Shown here: one piece after another, positions 16,746 to 25,989 of the stretch
Numbering within the stretch: position 1 is the stretch's first letter
How the letters are laid out: every line of letters begins with the position of its first letter
Origin: an uncultured virus (IMG/VR IMGVR_UViG_3300020185_000031)
Taxonomy: Duplodnaviria; Heunggongvirae; Uroviricota; Caudoviricetes
IMG/VR virus record: IMGVR_UViG_3300020185_000031
Span: 1-64,000 of that record
Strand: one strand, 5' to 3'
DNA: 64,000 bases
Notes under the pieces: model-generated
Databases searched by the model: none
Told to the model about the DNA's origin: nothing
What the model saw: only the letters and a program-made list of their open reading frames with translations
Made by a program: the position numbers and the translations under genes

Positions 16746-17345
16746 ATGAAGCACATACAGTTATTTGAGGATTTTGTTAAGAAGTACGGTCAAAAAATAG
16801 ATAAGAAAACTTTCTTCGCTTTAGAAAATGGAAAAGAAGTTCTATATCTAGGAAGTAGGTGTACTGTTACTGATTCAGATGGTTTTATAGTTACTCTAAA
16901 ATCAATTGATAGCGGTAAAGTATTTAGAGTTAATTTAAGTATGTTTAATCAGAAAGGAGCTATTACCGAGAACATTAGGGCAGCCGAAGCGCATGATACT
17001 ATAAATGGAGTACAGACTGTAATTGATGGTAAGAGAGAACTTGTATTTATATCAACAATGGATAAGCCTATTTATGCTCCTAATAATAAAAAAGAAATTA
17101 AGGCAATGAATCATGGTATTGAGAACGGCTTAAAATTAATTGAGGTTAAGAATAAGAAGGAAGGAAACGCTTGGGTATTATATAAGACTGATAAAAAAAT
17201 GGCACAAAAACTTGCTGATTATGCGGCAGATCATGGTGGATATCTAAGCGATTCTACACCTGATGAGGCAAGATATGTTGGCAATCTACTAGGATACGAT
17301 AAAAAGGATATTGAATCTTTTGTAAAAAGAATCTATAAAAAATAA
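16746..17345 (+). CDS. Tagged hypothetical protein (MKHIQLFEDF)
   Basis: Tag; apparent two-domain body split at ITE; C-terminal G.LLGY....I..F motif. Confidence 0.75.
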   Translation: MKHIQLFEDFVKKYGQKIDKKTFFALENGKEVLYLGSRCTVTDSDGFIVTLKSIDSGKVFRVNLSMFNQKGAITENIRAAEAHDTINGVQTVIDGKRELVFISTMDKPIYAPNNKKEIKAMNHGIENGLKLIEVKNKKEGNAWVLYKTDKKMAQKLADYAADHGGYLSDSTPDEARYVGNLLGYDKKDIESFVKRIYKK

Positions 17346-17350
17346 CGAAC

Positions 17351-17890
17351 ATGAAATTTGTAAAGACATTTGAAGATTGGAATCACATATCTCCTGAATT
17401 AAAGGCGCATATTGACGAAGGCCTTGATTTAACCAATTCTTTCTTTAGACTCGGTAGCGATAAATATGGTGAACTATTTGAAGAAGTAAAACAATATTGG
17501 GCGAAAGACAATATTATTCTTAAAGGACCTTCTGGCTGGATGGCTAAAAATCTAGAAGTTGGAAAGAAAGCTATTTATAAACCTAGAGGCGGTAACCAAA
17601 TCAACGTTAAACTAGATTCTCCTGATAGAGGAGGTAAGGCTAAGTTTATAGTTTATAGAAACAGTGGTAGAACCGACAAAGATGGAAATATAATTGCAAA
17701 AAAACTTGAATGGGGAGATCCTTCAACTACTGTTAAGAATGATGATCCAGCAAGAGCTGCAAGTTTTTGGGCTAGGCACCAATGTGATCTTCAAAAGAAA
17801 ATGGATCCGGATAAAGCTGGATTTTGGGCATGCTATTCAAGTGTATTTTTTGCCAAACAGCTTGGTCTTAAAAGTGATCAACCATGGTAA
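17351..17890 (+). CDS. Tagged hypothetical protein (MKFVKTFEDW) with DP.R...F.ARH.C...K..FWAC motif
   Basis: Degenerate tag; conserved viral motif at the C-terminus. Confidence 0.7.
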   Translation: MKFVKTFEDWNHISPELKAHIDEGLDLTNSFFRLGSDKYGELFEEVKQYWAKDNIILKGPSGWMAKNLEVGKKAIYKPRGGNQINVKLDSPDRGGKAKFIVYRNSGRTDKDGNIIAKKLEWGDPSTTVKNDDPARAASFWARHQCDLQKKMDPDKAGFWACYSSVFFAKQLGLKSDQPW

Positions 17891-18183
17891 CACATAAAGA
17901 AATGATTGATATGATAAATGACCAACGTAAACCTTTCACTGAGGAGAGATTTGATGGTTATATTATAAGACATTTTGATCAAAAATATCCAGAACATCTT
18001 TTTAAATGGCACTGGGATAACGAAGATAGATTAGTTAAAGTACTAAATGATTCAGACTGGAGATTTCAATATGATAATGAACTTCCAATAAATATGATCG
18101 TTGGAGTTGATATTGAAATACCTAAAGGAGTGATACATCGTATCATTAAAGGCACTACAGCGCTTAGTCTAAAAATAATATAA
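17884..18183 (+). CDS. Cupin-like hypothetical protein
   Basis: WH.D.EDR.V ... W.FQ.DNELP ... IPK...HR..KG. Confidence 0.65.
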   Translation: MVTHKEMIDMINDQRKPFTEERFDGYIIRHFDQKYPEHLFKWHWDNEDRLVKVLNDSDWRFQYDNELPINMIVGVDIEIPKGVIHRIIKGTTALSLKII

Positions 18184-18229
18184 GATTAAGTAGATATATA
18201 ACTAAACATTTAAAAACAAACCAAATATT

Positions 18230-18754
18230 ATGTCAAAAAGAATTTTATCTTTCGAGCAGTACGTTCAAGAAGCAGATCGTTCTGAAGAAATAGAAAAAGA
18301 TATCGTAGATCTAGGAGAACCTAAAGATCTAGACGATGAAAAAGAGGAAGAAGTTCCTGTTGCTGAAGAAGCTGAAGAAGAAGCTGAAGAAGAAGCTGAA
18401 GAAGAAGAAGAAGCAAACGAGACCTCTCATGAAGAAGCTGTAGTTAAGGCGGTTTCCGAAATGATTGCTGATAGTTATAAACAAGTAGTTGACGAAGCAT
18501 GCTCTTATGAAGGAGATGAATACGAAGACCACACAGTAGAGTCATATATGTCTGAAAACGCTGCATTAGTTGCGGCAGTTGCAGCAAACGCTATGAAAGA
18601 ATCATATGAAAAAGTAAGTGACTCTGAAATATCTAATGAGACTTATGAAGCGATGTGTGAATCTATGAAAGAATCTTATTCTAAGAAAATTGATGAAATG
18701 AAAGAATCTTTTACAAGCGGTGATGGTGTCGAAGGCAACAACATCCCAATGTAA
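18230..18754 (+). CDS. Highly acidic tagged protein (MSKRILSFEQYVQE), prohead core/scaffold-like
   Basis: Glu-rich with EEEA repeats at about 18361-18412; GATATATA at 18193-18200. Confidence 0.7.
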   Translation: MSKRILSFEQYVQEADRSEEIEKDIVDLGEPKDLDDEKEEEVPVAEEAEEEAEEEAEEEEEANETSHEEAVVKAVSEMIADSYKQVVDEACSYEGDEYEDHTVESYMSENAALVAAVAANAMKESYEKVSDSEISNETYEAMCESMKESYSKKIDEMKESFTSGDGVEGNNIPM

Positions 18755-18765
18755 TTAAAAGTAAT

Positions 18766-18792
18766 AAACTTTTTTAAAGTCGTTCATATAAA
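18766..18792 (+). promoter_or_regulatory. Class B promoter-like motif nested in terminator
   Basis: AAAC(18766)-N16-ATATAA(18786-18791). Confidence 0.6.
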
Positions 18793-18810
18793 CTGTGAAC
18801 GACTTTTTTT
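18776..18810 (+). terminator. Intrinsic terminator
   Basis: aaagtcgttca...tgaacgacttt followed by a T-run. Confidence 0.85.
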
Positions 18811-18817
18811 ATGTAAT

Positions 18818-19339
18818 ATGCCCAGAATAGCAATAGAAAAAATATACATGCAAACCGCATATCAATTTGCCAAACTTAGCTATGCTAAGAGGCGTAAGGT
18901 TGGTTGCGTTATTGTTAAAGATCAACAATTAATTTCATTTGGATATAATGGAATGCCACATGGATTTGACAACACTTGTGAAACAATTAAAACAGAAACT
19001 GTATATTATGAAAATCCAGACGCCGCACTTGATTTAGTAGAAGAACACGGATATGAATGTGAAGATGGATGCTGTACTATAGAAACTACTAGTACAAAAA
19101 GAGAAGTCTTACATGCAGAGTCTAATGCAATTATGAAAGTTGCTAAATCAACAATGAGCTGTAGAGGAGCAGAGCTTTATACAACAACATGCCCTTGCTT
19201 TGATTGCGCAAAGCTAATTATTCAGGCTGGAATAACTAAAGTCTACTATTCAGAAGATTACCGCGATATGGGTGGTATAGAATTATTAACACAAGCTAAT
19301 ATTGATGTAGAAAAAGTTATATGCTGGAACGAAATATAA
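18818..19339 (+). CDS. dCMP deaminase
   Basis: VGCVIV, GYNG.P, HAE.NA, PCFDC. Confidence 0.93.
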   Translation: MPRIAIEKIYMQTAYQFAKLSYAKRRKVGCVIVKDQQLISFGYNGMPHGFDNTCETIKTETVYYENPDAALDLVEEHGYECEDGCCTIETTSTKREVLHAESNAIMKVAKSTMSCRGAELYTTTCPCFDCAKLIIQAGITKVYYSEDYRDMGGIELLTQANIDVEKVICWNEI

Positions 19340-21066
19340 AAAAGATTATAGAAGATGCTATTAAGACTGGAGTTTTTGGTGATGGTTTTGCTTTTAGAAA
19401 AGGGCAAAGAGATACTATAGAAGCAATAGTAAACGCATATGTTGAAGATCCAGAACAGACAATAATACTTGATGCTCCTACTGGAACTGGAAAGTCTATT
19501 ATAGGAATGTGGGTTTCTTGGATTCTAAAAGAAATGGGAAACAACGGATACCTTATTACTTCTGATCTATCATTACAAGACCAATATGAATCCGATATTT
19601 ATAAACTAAAACTTCGATGGCCATCTGTCAAAGGAGCCGATAATTACGACTGTCATGTAAATGGACTTAAGTTCTCATTAGGAGAATGTCGCATGAGGAA
19701 TATGGGGTATGATCAAGCAATTGCTAAATTAGATTGTGCAAAGACATGTGATTATATTCAATTAAGATTACGGGCTATTGATTCTCCAATTACTGTTCTT
19801 AATTATGCATTTTGGTTATTACAAAGAAACTACGTTGCTCCAAAAATGGCAGAGTCTGAAAAAAAGATTCCGTTTAAAAAGAGAAAGTTTACAATTTTTG
19901 ACGAAGCACATAAAATAGATGACATCGTACAGAATCACTTTTCACCAAAAATTGACGAAAATATTCCTGAATTGTTAAATAATCAATCTAAGTTTTTAAT
20001 TAGACAGGGTCTTCCAGCACCTAATATTAGTAAGGCATATCTAAGTGACTTAGTATCTGATTTGATCAGAATACAAGATCGTAAGGTATTATTTGCTAAA
20101 TTAAAGGAACTTGAAAAAGTTTTATTGCAATTTAATGCAGTAAAAAGCGCAGCCGAAAAAATGACTAGAAAAATGTTTGGCGCGTATAATGAAAAGACTC
20201 TCACTCCAACTTGGAAAACTGCCTTTGGTAGATTTGATAGAATTAAAGATGTTCATTGTAAGATTGAAGATTATACTAAATTAATTAGTGAAATTGGAAT
20301 GGACACTATGGTGTGGGACCAGCGAGAAGGAGAAGCTAAGTTTATGTGTACTAAAGAATCTACAATGATTCAAAATTATCTGCACAATCAAGCTGGGTTT
20401 AAGGTATTTATGAGTGCTACTATTGGTAACCCAAGAGACTATGCTAGGGTCATGGGAATTAAAAGTGCAAAGATTATTAGAATGGATAACGCATTTAATT
20501 ATGATAAGTCTCCTGTTGTTTTTATAAACAAACATAAGCTATCTTATAGGGAAAAAGAAGCTAGTTTACCAAAGGTTGTTAAAATACTGGATAGGATTAT
20601 TGATAAGCATAAAGGACAGCGTGGTATCATTCACACAGGGTCTTACCAGTTTACTAACTACATTAAAAGCAATAGTAAACACACATACAGGCTAATGGAT
20701 TACGAGAACTCAAGAGAGAAGTCAGATCTATTAGAACTATTCAAACAAAAAGAAGATGCAGTTTTTATGGGACCCTCTTTACTAGAAGGTCTTGATCTAA
20801 AGGACGATATTAGTAGGTTTCAAGTATTTTTTAAAGTTCCGTATCCAAATATTGGAGATCCTTTAATTAAGGCTAAAATGAATTCAATGCCTGGCTGGTA
20901 CGATTGGAAAACTTCTATCGTTATTCAACAGGGAGTTGGTAGGAGTGTTAGAAGTAAAGATGACTGGGCTGTTACTTATATCCTGGATGCATGCTTTCTT
21001 TCGTTGATAAATAAACCAGAACTGTTTCCACCATCATTCAATGAACGTATTAAAATTATAAAATAA
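19321..21066 (+). CDS. DinG/XPD-family SF2 helicase
   Basis: APTGTGKS, KG..NY.C with a four-Cys Fe-S region, DEAH, MSAT, EGLD, KVPYP, QQGVGRSVRS.DD. Confidence 0.9.
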   Translation: MLERNIKKIIEDAIKTGVFGDGFAFRKGQRDTIEAIVNAYVEDPEQTIILDAPTGTGKSIIGMWVSWILKEMGNNGYLITSDLSLQDQYESDIYKLKLRWPSVKGADNYDCHVNGLKFSLGECRMRNMGYDQAIAKLDCAKTCDYIQLRLRAIDSPITVLNYAFWLLQRNYVAPKMAESEKKIPFKKRKFTIFDEAHKIDDIVQNHFSPKIDENIPELLNNQSKFLIRQGLPAPNISKAYLSDLVSDLIRIQDRKVLFAKLKELEKVLLQFNAVKSAAEKMTRKMFGAYNEKTLTPTWKTAFGRFDRIKDVHCKIEDYTKLISEIGMDTMVWDQREGEAKFMCTKESTMIQNYLHNQAGFKVFMSATIGNPRDYARVMGIKSAKIIRMDNAFNYDKSPVVFINKHKLSYREKEASLPKVVKILDRIIDKHKGQRGIIHTGSYQFTNYIKSNSKHTYRLMDYENSREKSDLLELFKQKEDAVFMGPSLLEGLDLKDDISRFQVFFKVPYPNIGDPLIKAKMNSMPGWYDWKTSIVIQQGVGRSVRSKDDWAVTYILDACFLSLINKPELFPPSFNERIKIIK

Positions 21067-21263
21067 TGGGATTTAATAAAATAATTCTACCTGAAGTAGA
21101 AAAACTAAAAGAACAACTAAGTGAGGTCGGAGAGTTAGAGTTTACAAGATATTGGAAAAATAGATTTTATAAAACTGATGCCACGATGGGTTCTGTTGAA
21201 TCAATGGAGCTTATTGATCAATTTATTTTAAAAGAATATGGGGATTTTAATAAATCTAATTGA
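21066..21263 (+). CDS. Hypothetical protein
   Basis: Translationally coupled 65-aa ORF (MGFNK..LP). Confidence 0.65.
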   Translation: MGFNKIILPEVEKLKEQLSEVGELEFTRYWKNRFYKTDATMGSVESMELIDQFILKEYGDFNKSN

Positions 21264-21840
21264 ATCTACAATTAAAATACTAACAATTAAAAGAAATAAA
21301 ATGACTACAAAAGTAAAACACGTACATAAAATTTACGTTTGGACTAAAACTGAAAAGGCTGGAACTATAGTTAGAGTTTCAGAAGAGCAGCCAGATAAAA
21401 AATGGCTATACTTTGAAGATAAGACTAGAATTAACCCAACTCTTATTAAAGAATATTTAATGGAAGCAAGGGATGAAGAAGATGCTAAGAATCTAGCTGA
21501 ATCATTCGGTAATGTTTTAGGAATTGGTGCAGTTACTAATGAAACTACGGTTAAAGTTCAACCAGATCCACAGCAGGTACAAGACAAAAAGTCTGAACCT
21601 GAGTTTAACGTAATGATAGAGATGCTAAAAAAGATGAGTAAGAAGAATCAAGCTGAGATGCAGGTTTTTGTTAATATACCATCACCTATAGTTTATGAAA
21701 TGTTACAAGATCAAATGGATTTAGAAACTGAAGATCTAAACGAGCAGATCGGACTACTTATAGAAAATCAGATAAATAACTTGCAAGACCAACTAAGGTC
21801 TCAAATTAAAAGTTTCATTACTAAATATTACGAAAAATGA
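21238..21840 (+). CDS. Hypothetical protein (start possibly 21301)
   Basis: The ATG at 21301 has an A-rich leader. Confidence 0.7.
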   Translation: MGILINLIESTIKILTIKRNKMTTKVKHVHKIYVWTKTEKAGTIVRVSEEQPDKKWLYFEDKTRINPTLIKEYLMEARDEEDAKNLAESFGNVLGIGAVTNETTVKVQPDPQQVQDKKSEPEFNVMIEMLKKMSKKNQAEMQVFVNIPSPIVYEMLQDQMDLETEDLNEQIGLLIENQINNLQDQLRSQIKSFITKYYEK

Positions 21841-22229
21841 TTGAACAAACACAACAGCCAATGCTTCTTAATAGAAGACAAAGAAGACAAATGCTAAAAG
21901 AAAGAGGAATTCTTAAATTGATTTCTAAAATGAGCTTTTTAAGCCTTCAAAAATCTCAGATAAGAGCGCAGAACATGGAAAATGGCCGCAAGTTACATCA
22001 ACAACATGTTGATAAAATTGATGCTAAAAATGCGCAAATTCTTGAGGAAAAATTAGAAGTAGCTAAAAAAAGTTGGAGCGATTATGGTTATAATGCTGAC
22101 GAAATTAAAATGCTAGAAGAAGCATGGTCACTTAGTGTGATTAAAAATAAAGAAACATATAGATCTGATAAAAAAGAATCTAGACGACTTAAAAAACAGG
22201 CTGAAGATTCTAAGGCTAATAGAAAATAA
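21837..22229 (+). CDS. Basic hypothetical protein (NRRQRR motif)
   Basis: GATAAATA upstream at 21771-21778. Confidence 0.7.
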   Translation: MIEQTQQPMLLNRRQRRQMLKERGILKLISKMSFLSLQKSQIRAQNMENGRKLHQQHVDKIDAKNAQILEEKLEVAKKSWSDYGYNADEIKMLEEAWSLSVIKNKETYRSDKKESRRLKKQAEDSKANRK

Positions 22230-22230
22230 T

Positions 22231-22554
22231 ATGGTTAGTATTACACTAGAACCCGCGGATAATGGGGTTGTTAAAATAATATTTGATGATTCAATTAACG
22301 GAGCTGGAGAAGAACATCTTTCTAGGATAGTGTATGATTTTGATAGAGACGACGAAAACAAGGATTCCATAGTAAGCTTTCTATCAGATTTAACACTTGA
22401 CCTAGGAATAGCGACAGGTAACAACCTTGATAAATACAAGGTTGTTGTTAGTAAAGAGTGGGGTAGCATTCAAAAACAAGACCCTACTAATATTAAAAAA
22501 AAAATCAAGGATTTAAAAAACGAAATTAAAGTTCTTGAGACTTACTTAAAATAA
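22231..22554 (+). CDS. Hypothetical protein
   Basis: Operonic ORF. Confidence 0.7.
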   Translation: MVSITLEPADNGVVKIIFDDSINGAGEEHLSRIVYDFDRDDENKDSIVSFLSDLTLDLGIATGNNLDKYKVVVSKEWGSIQKQDPTNIKKKIKDLKNEIKVLETYLK

Positions 22555-22953
22555 ATGATAATAAAAATAGCAGGAGTATGGTGTAACACTAAGTCGCATT
22601 TTGATAAGTATTGCAGGAAAGAAGATTTTAATGCTATAATTTCATATAGCGAAATTTTCAACCGCCTACTGAAAAGCGACCCAGGAGACAACGCGCCATC
22701 CGATGTTATTATCTCTCTATACATTCAAAAATTATTCCGAAACATTCCTAATAAGTTTGAAGAAGAAGAAGAAGTTAACGTTGCATTTCTATTTAAAAAC
22801 TTAGACACGGAAACTATCGATACCTTTAAAGAATTTATTAGCTCAATCTTTAATGAGGTACAGCTTGATTTAATAGTTATAAATAGATCTGATTATCCTA
22901 AAAACCATATACTTAGCAAGTTTGATAATGTAAGATTTATTGAAAATGATTAA
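22555..22953 (+). CDS. Hypothetical protein
   Basis: Operonic ORF. Confidence 0.7.
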   Translation: MIIKIAGVWCNTKSHFDKYCRKEDFNAIISYSEIFNRLLKSDPGDNAPSDVIISLYIQKLFRNIPNKFEEEEEVNVAFLFKNLDTETIDTFKEFISSIFNEVQLDLIVINRSDYPKNHILSKFDNVRFIEND

Positions 22954-23551
22954 GCATAAACTTTTTTCTAAAGGAGAATATGTACAAGCTCTTATTTCTA
23001 CTACTCAGCAACCTAACGTTTTGATCCCTGTAAGGGGGCTTATTTATGATGTTAAGTTCGATGATATTAATCCACAATACCAAATTAGAATCAAAAAGTT
23101 CTACGATAACATGTACTTTTTAAAACAAAATCTATTTGGAGGTAGATTTATTAGAGATTTTGAGGGCAGGGAGACTCGAATAAATGCAAAAAGAACAAAC
23201 TATAAAAATATAGAGCATCTTACTGATGAGTTATTTAATGGAGAAGCTTGGAAAAAGTATTTAATAGTTGTAGATTCTGTATTTTGTGTTAAGACCCTTA
23301 ATGAGCAAAATAATCTTTTTAATAATCTACAAACATTCATGATCGAACAAAAAATAAAAGAGGTCTATGAAATGTCTACAAGATATCCATACCGAAAGGC
23401 AAAAGGAGAATTCGCTTTTAATTCTAAAGGAGAGTTTATAGCATCTCTTAAAAAGTTTTTAGGAGAAAGAATGCCAACAGATCCTTCTTGGATCGATAAT
23501 ATGTTCTACAATCCCAGTTCAAAAGAGATGGACATGGGAGAATGGGTATAG
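22940..23551 (+). CDS. Hypothetical protein
   Basis: Operonic ORF. Confidence 0.7.
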   Translation: MKMIKHKLFSKGEYVQALISTTQQPNVLIPVRGLIYDVKFDDINPQYQIRIKKFYDNMYFLKQNLFGGRFIRDFEGRETRINAKRTNYKNIEHLTDELFNGEAWKKYLIVVDSVFCVKTLNEQNNLFNNLQTFMIEQKIKEVYEMSTRYPYRKAKGEFAFNSKGEFIASLKKFLGERMPTDPSWIDNMFYNPSSKEMDMGEWV

Positions 23552-23597
23552 TACCTATATTATTTAAGGGATATATAAAGAAAAATACATTCTATAT

Positions 23598-25421
23598 ATG
23601 TCGCTAAAAGACTCAATAAAGGCTATAGCAAATGATGTTATTAGTAAGGCTTCTTCTTCTCTACAGTTCGTTGGGATGGATGGAGATAGCTTTAGATATC
23701 GAGAAAGTTTTACAGGAAACGAATTTACGTCACCTAATATTATTGATGGTGCTAAAGGAAATCCTACATCAGACGCAACTACTAATGGAAATAGTGGTAA
23801 AACAACGCTGCAGAATATTTCTGCAGGTTCAGGAGGACTATATAAAGGAAAGGTAGCAAGAGATGCTGCAAAATATGTAGTAGATCAGGAAACTTCGGGT
23901 ACTGGAGATAAGCAAAAGGTTACAGATCCCGGTACTACAATTGATGCTGGAGTTGCAGTTAACTCTGCAATGAATAGATGGAATCTATTTAAAACTAGCA
24001 ATATTAAAGGAGCTACTGCCGACGGGAAGGGTAGTAATTCTGAAGAAATGTCAACATCGATGTATGGTAAGGCTGTAGAACCAACTGCGAAAAACATAGT
24101 ATCTTATGCGAAAGAATCTAATTCTGTTAGTCTTGGATTTGATTATGATTTAATTGATTTTGCGCAATGTGCCAATTATGGACAAATTAGTAACAATCAC
24201 TTAGTTACTTTGCGTAGATTTCCATATCCCGTAAATGATGATATTATAAGTCCTAAAATAATTACAAATTCTGGAGAAGTTAAAGATTCACATACTCCAG
24301 ATTTAGCGAGAGCAATAACATGGATGTCTCCGGCACTTGGAAACGATCTTAAGAGTATTTTAAATTTTAAAACGTCATATGCTTGGAAAAAAATCACTTC
24401 TGAAATACAAACAATAGCTACTGAAGGAAGAAAAAGAGGACTTGTTGGCGATGCGATTGACAAGAGTCCGTTAATGTCTGCTGTTGAGGCGGGATATAAT
24501 GGACTTGGTTCGGTAGATGCAGCGAACAGAAGAGCAAGAGGCGCTGGATTTGATGCCACTAAAGAGACTTATCCAAATAAGGTATTTGGTCCATATAATG
24601 TTATTAAAGAGGTATTAGCTAGAGAGCAGGGTCTTTCTTTTGACCATAATTTTACTTTAGTGTTTCATTACGATTTAAAAGGATATGGTAATACTTCACC
24701 AAAGGCTGCATTTATGGACACTATGGCTAATATACTATCCCTTACATATAACAATGCACCATTTTGGGGAGGCGCTACAAGATACACTGGAGGTAGTGGA
24801 AGAGTAGGAAAGCCGTTTGGAGATATGGACAAGCTTAGGAGCGGTGATTACGCTGGATTTTTATCAGGAATGGGTCAACAAATAATGGGAGGCGCTGGAG
24901 CAGCCGGTGGAGGACTTGCATCTGCATGGGAAGGATTAAAATCTGGAGCAAAAAATGGAAGTGGATCTGAAATGCTAAACTCATTAGGTAACAGTAAAAT
25001 ATTAGACAATATTATTGGAGGTGGTTTAATGAAGTTGTTTGGAGGACCTGCAGGTGGTCAAGTTGCCGCCGCATTTATATCTGGAGATCCAACTGGAAAC
25101 TGGCATTTAACTGTCGGAAATCCTATGGCACCTATGATGGTAATAGGTAATCTATGTCTACATGACACGCAATATGAGTTTGAAGGTCCTCTTGGATATG
25201 AAGATTTTCCTTCTAAATTAAAAGTTACAATAACTCTTAAGCCAGGTAGGGCTAGAGATAAAGGTGAAATAGAAAGTATGTTTAACGCAGGTCGAGGTAG
25301 AATGTATCTTCAACCAGATGACGGGCTACCTACTTCTCCAAGAGAAGGTCAGGTTGATGCTTATGGTAAGAAAATACCTACTGGAATGCAAACTAGAATT
25401 TCAGACTTAGGTGCTGGATAA
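23598..25421 (+). CDS. Virion/baseplate-region protein with Gly-rich central segment (tube-initiator-like)
   Basis: First gene of the structural block, with GATATATA at 23570. C-terminal WHLTVGNP..P...IGNL...GPLG..DFP..LKV.ITLK. Confidence 0.55.
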   Translation: MSLKDSIKAIANDVISKASSSLQFVGMDGDSFRYRESFTGNEFTSPNIIDGAKGNPTSDATTNGNSGKTTLQNISAGSGGLYKGKVARDAAKYVVDQETSGTGDKQKVTDPGTTIDAGVAVNSAMNRWNLFKTSNIKGATADGKGSNSEEMSTSMYGKAVEPTAKNIVSYAKESNSVSLGFDYDLIDFAQCANYGQISNNHLVTLRRFPYPVNDDIISPKIITNSGEVKDSHTPDLARAITWMSPALGNDLKSILNFKTSYAWKKITSEIQTIATEGRKRGLVGDAIDKSPLMSAVEAGYNGLGSVDAANRRARGAGFDATKETYPNKVFGPYNVIKEVLAREQGLSFDHNFTLVFHYDLKGYGNTSPKAAFMDTMANILSLTYNNAPFWGGATRYTGGSGRVGKPFGDMDKLRSGDYAGFLSGMGQQIMGGAGAAGGGLASAWEGLKSGAKNGSGSEMLNSLGNSKILDNIIGGGLMKLFGGPAGGQVAAAFISGDPTGNWHLTVGNPMAPMMVIGNLCLHDTQYEFEGPLGYEDFPSKLKVTITLKPGRARDKGEIESMFNAGRGRMYLQPDDGLPTSPREGQVDAYGKKIPTGMQTRISDLGAG

Positions 25422-25429
25422 AATTAAAA

Positions 25430-25987
25430 TTGGATATGAATCTAAAGACTATAGTTAATAAAATAAATGACGGTGTTAAATTAATATTGACGGCACCTAC
25501 TCTTCTATTTATGGATGTTAATAATCCTGAATTTTTTGTTGCAGAACATTTGGTGACTGACTTTGAAGAAGGCAGGCCAGATCTAATTGCATCGAAGTGG
25601 CATGGTAATACAGACACTCTTGATTTAATTTTGAAATACAATGGTATTTCTGATCCGTTTGCGGTTAAGAAAGGAGATATTATTGAAATACCAAGTGTTG
25701 ATATTCCTATTAAGAAATATAATAGACCTAAAGAAGTAAGTGAGGATATAGTAAAGCAAAAGTTTATTGACACTAAGAGGTTGACTAAACAGGATCAAAA
25801 GAGAATTATCGCTCTTAAGAAAAAGTACAACAAAGAAAATTTACTTCCGCCAAATGTTATTCCGGTTGGAAAGAAAACATACAAGATTGAAAAAGGTGCT
25901 ATTACTTTCGGAGTACAGGCACAGTCAGATCCTGTTACTGATGCAGTAATAAAAGACACTAAACCAAATAGATTAGGTAATACTTAA
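25430..25987 (+). CDS. Baseplate wedge protein, gp53/LysM-like
   Basis: RPDLIA..W.G.....LIL.YNGISDPF....GD.I.IP. Confidence 0.75.
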   Translation: MDMNLKTIVNKINDGVKLILTAPTLLFMDVNNPEFFVAEHLVTDFEEGRPDLIASKWHGNTDTLDLILKYNGISDPFAVKKGDIIEIPSVDIPIKKYNRPKEVSEDIVKQKFIDTKRLTKQDQKRIIALKKKYNKENLLPPNVIPVGKKTYKIEKGAITFGVQAQSDPVTDAVIKDTKPNRLGNT

Positions 25988-25989
25988 AT

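Noticed and set aside
14888..16780. Recurrent atgaa(a/g)ca(c/t)at repeats as a CRISPR-like array
   Set aside because: The repeats are gene starts separated by full ORFs of 260-600 nt and vary synonymously. No cas genes are present.
18361..18412. gaagaagct tandem repeat as a regulatory repeat
   Set aside because: It is explained by a coding poly-Glu/Ala tract.
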